Assembly: GCA_038320275.1 (NCBI GenBank) | Contig: JBBQEB010000112.1 | Location: 1-12,941 of the forward strand | DNA: 12,941 bases | Source: Myxococcales bacterium | Lineage (GTDB): Bacteria > Myxococcota > Myxococcia > Myxococcales > Anaeromyxobacteraceae | Reading direction: 5' to 3' | In this document: piece after piece, positions 11,088 through 12,941 of the stretch | Position numbering within the stretch: position 1 is the first letter of the stretch | How the letters are laid out: each line of letters starts with the position of its first letter | Notes under the pieces: generated by a model | What the model was told of the DNA's origin: nothing | Database searches by the model: none | What the model saw: only the letters and a program-made list of their open reading frames with translations | Position numbers and translations under genes: made by a program

Positions 11088-12941
11088 ATGCGGCCTAGGC
11101 TGCACGTGAAGCAATTGCAAGGGCGTACCCGCAACAGACTTCGAACCGTCCGCAGCGGTCGCGCCCACCTCGCAACCGAAGATCCGTCCTGCTGGCGGAG
11201 GAGGCTTCATGCGTCTACGGCTCACCGATTGTGCGTCCCTGTTGGCATAGGTGGCATCCCGGAAAGCCAACTCGCAACGGTCGTGGCGCACTTGCAGAAC
11301 GCTCCGCATCCGATCCACAATTTCTTGGTACAAGACACTTCCGTGAGCGGGTCGTATAGCGGACTGCCCAGCTATTGGCCAACGCTCGCGGCGCTCGCCT
11401 ACGGTTATCCCACGAACGTTCGGGTTGCTGGTGACGGACGCGGGACAGTGCAATCAACAAGCCCGACGGTCTTCAGTTGCGAAACCGGGTCGGCGTGTGG
11501 ATCCCATTGGTCCGGGCCGGGCGTTGCGGTGGCCTTGCATGCAGTACCGTCCGCGGGTTCCTATTTCGATGGCTGGAGCGGCCCCTGTACCCCGTGGCCG
11601 TCGGACGCGAGCACATGCTCCTACATCCCGTCTTCCAGCGACCCTGCAACGGGTACCGTGACGGCGACGTTCCGGACCCAGTCGAATGCTCCGATGCTTT
11701 CCGGCATCGCCGCCTCCACGACCCCATCCGCGGCCTCCATCATCTGGTCGACCGACATCACCTCCGACAGCACCGTCGATTATGGGCCCACGGCGGCGTA
11801 CGGAGCCAGCGCAGCCGGCAACACTGGGACGGCTCACACCGTGAATCTCGCCGGTCTCGCCGCCGGGACCGTGTACCACTACCGCGTCCGCTCCAAGAGC
11901 GGGCCGGGCGCCTTCGAATCGTTCTCGGCTGACCACGTGCTGCCCCTCGTCACGAACGTGTCGTCTGGTGCTCCCAGCCAGACCGCGGCCACCATCACCT
12001 GGCTGACCAACGCGGAGCTCTCGTCCAACCACGTCGTCGACTACGGGACGAGCACGAGCTACGGGCTCACGCAGGTTGGCACCGCTCCGAACGGGACGTC
12101 GCACTCGGTCGGGCTCACCGGTCTGTCCCCCTCGACCACTTACCACTTCCGCGTGCGGTCCACCGACGGCACCGACTCAGCGACATCGGAGGATAACGTT
12201 TTCTCGACAGCGGCCTACGCCGTTTCGCCCTTGGCCAGCCTCACGGACGCGTTCGGCTCGCTCGACTCCTCCAAGTGGACGGTCACCGTGACCGCCCCCG
12301 GTGATTGGGCGCAGGTACAGGGCGGGGCCCTTTGGCTCATTCCGGCCCCCAACTCGGGAGCGTCGGGCGTGTGGGTGGAATCGTCGGGCACCTACTCGCT
12401 CCTGGAGTCCTCGGCGACGGTGAACGCGCTCCAAGTCGTGTCGCCCAGCGGCCACATCAACTCCAAGTTTACCTTCCACGCGCCCGGAGGGATCTCGCAG
12501 GACGACCTGGGCTTCTGGTACGAGGGCGGCACGCTGTACGCCTACTATTTCGCCCATGGGGCTCAGAATTTCCTCGCCTCCACCAGCTATCAGCCAGACG
12601 CACACGCGTGGTGGCGTATCCGCCACTCGGGCTCCACCGTTTTCTGGGAGACGTCGCGCGACCGTTCGTCCTGGACCACTCTGGCGGCGGTGAGCCAATC
12701 CGCGTTCACGTTCGATCTCGGCCACGGCATCCTTGGCTTCAACGTGAAGGGGTGGGGCGCTGGCAACCCTTCCCCGGGAGTCGCACGGTTCACCTACCTA
12801 AACCTTGCGGCGACCCCGATCTCGGCGCTGTCGGATGCTTTCAACTGGCTGGACTCCGCCAACTGGTACGTCGGCGTAGGTACCGCCGGGAGTGCCGCTT
12901 GGGCCACCGGCGGCGCGTTGTACCTGTACCCGGAAGCCTAT
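11088..12941 (+). CDS. Modular extracellular-type protein: InlB B-repeat-like domain, 2x fibronectin type III, repeated beta-sandwich domain (3'-truncated by the window; start uncertain)
   Basis: Manual translation shows no stop from 10965 to 12941; the first ATG is at 11088. B-repeat-like VRVAGDGRGTVQS...ALHAVPSAGSYFDGWSGPC...TVTATF (~11412-11672). FN3 motifs IIWSTDITSDSTVDYG...HTVNLAGLAAGTVYHYRVRS and ITWLTN...VDYG...HSVGLTGLSPSTTYHFRVRS (~11691-12212). New domain from 12228, repeating from 12816. Confidence 0.85.
   Translation, partial: MRPRLHVKQLQGRTRNRLRTVRSGRAHLATEDPSCWRRRLHASTAHRLCVPVGIGGIPESQLATVVAHLQNAPHPIHNFLVQDTSVSGSYSGLPSYWPTLAALAYGYPTNVRVAGDGRGTVQSTSPTVFSCETGSACGSHWSGPGVAVALHAVPSAGSYFDGWSGPCTPWPSDASTCSYIPSSSDPATGTVTATFRTQSNAPMLSGIAASTTPSAASIIWSTDITSDSTVDYGPTAAYGASAAGNTGTAHTVNLAGLAAGTVYHYRVRSKSGPGAFESFSADHVLPLVTNVSSGAPSQTAATITWLTNAELSSNHVVDYGTSTSYGLTQVGTAPNGTSHSVGLTGLSPSTTYHFRVRSTDGTDSATSEDNVFSTAAYAVSPLASLTDAFGSLDSSKWTVTVTAPGDWAQVQGGALWLIPAPNSGASGVWVESSGTYSLLESSATVNALQVVSPSGHINSKFTFHAPGGISQDDLGFWYEGGTLYAYYFAHGAQNFLASTSYQPDAHAWWRIRHSGSTVFWETSRDRSSWTTLAAVSQSAFTFDLGHGILGFNVKGWGAGNPSPGVARFTYLNLAATPISALSDAFNWLDSANWYVGVGTAGSAAWATGGALYLYPEAY
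11691..12212 (+). repeat. Two tandem FN3 (purple acid phosphatase N-terminal-like) protein repeats
   Basis: Shared IxWxT...VDYGxxxxYG...HxVxLxGLxxxTxYHxRVRS...SxDxV pattern in both copies. Confidence 0.85.

Noticed and set aside
11064..12793. ORF-track predictions in the last 1.9 kb (e.g. 11064-11453 -, 11454-12146 -, 11477-11932 +, 12177-12725 -)
   Set aside because: All overlap the uninterrupted + frame that carries recognisable B-repeat-like and FN3 motifs.

Overview
Very GC-rich bacterial DNA. The gene set and protein style suggest Anaeromyxobacter or another Myxococcota member (inference). Positions 1-10733 look like core genome: a partial hypothetical gene, a coiled-coil lipoprotein, a CoA-binding (YccU-like) protein, a small protein resembling a stand-alone sigma70 region 4, an M3-peptidase-like protein lacking its zinc motif, an FmdB zinc-ribbon protein, an RluA/RluD pseudouridine synthase, an OPT oligopeptide transporter, an M1 aminopeptidase lipoprotein and a DUF2892-like membrane protein. 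From about 10750 the GC content drops. A long + strand frame missing from the ORF track (open from 10965 to the window end) encodes a modular extracellular-type protein: an InlB B-repeat-like domain, two FN3 domains and a repeated ~196-aa beta-sandwich, with an unclear or decayed 5' end. The most notable oddities are the sigma4-like protein with an acidic recognition helix, the pseudo-peptidase, a perfect 38-bp palindrome and that modular protein. I found no CRISPR array, tRNA, rRNA or transposase, and no complete novel system is demonstrable from sequence alone.
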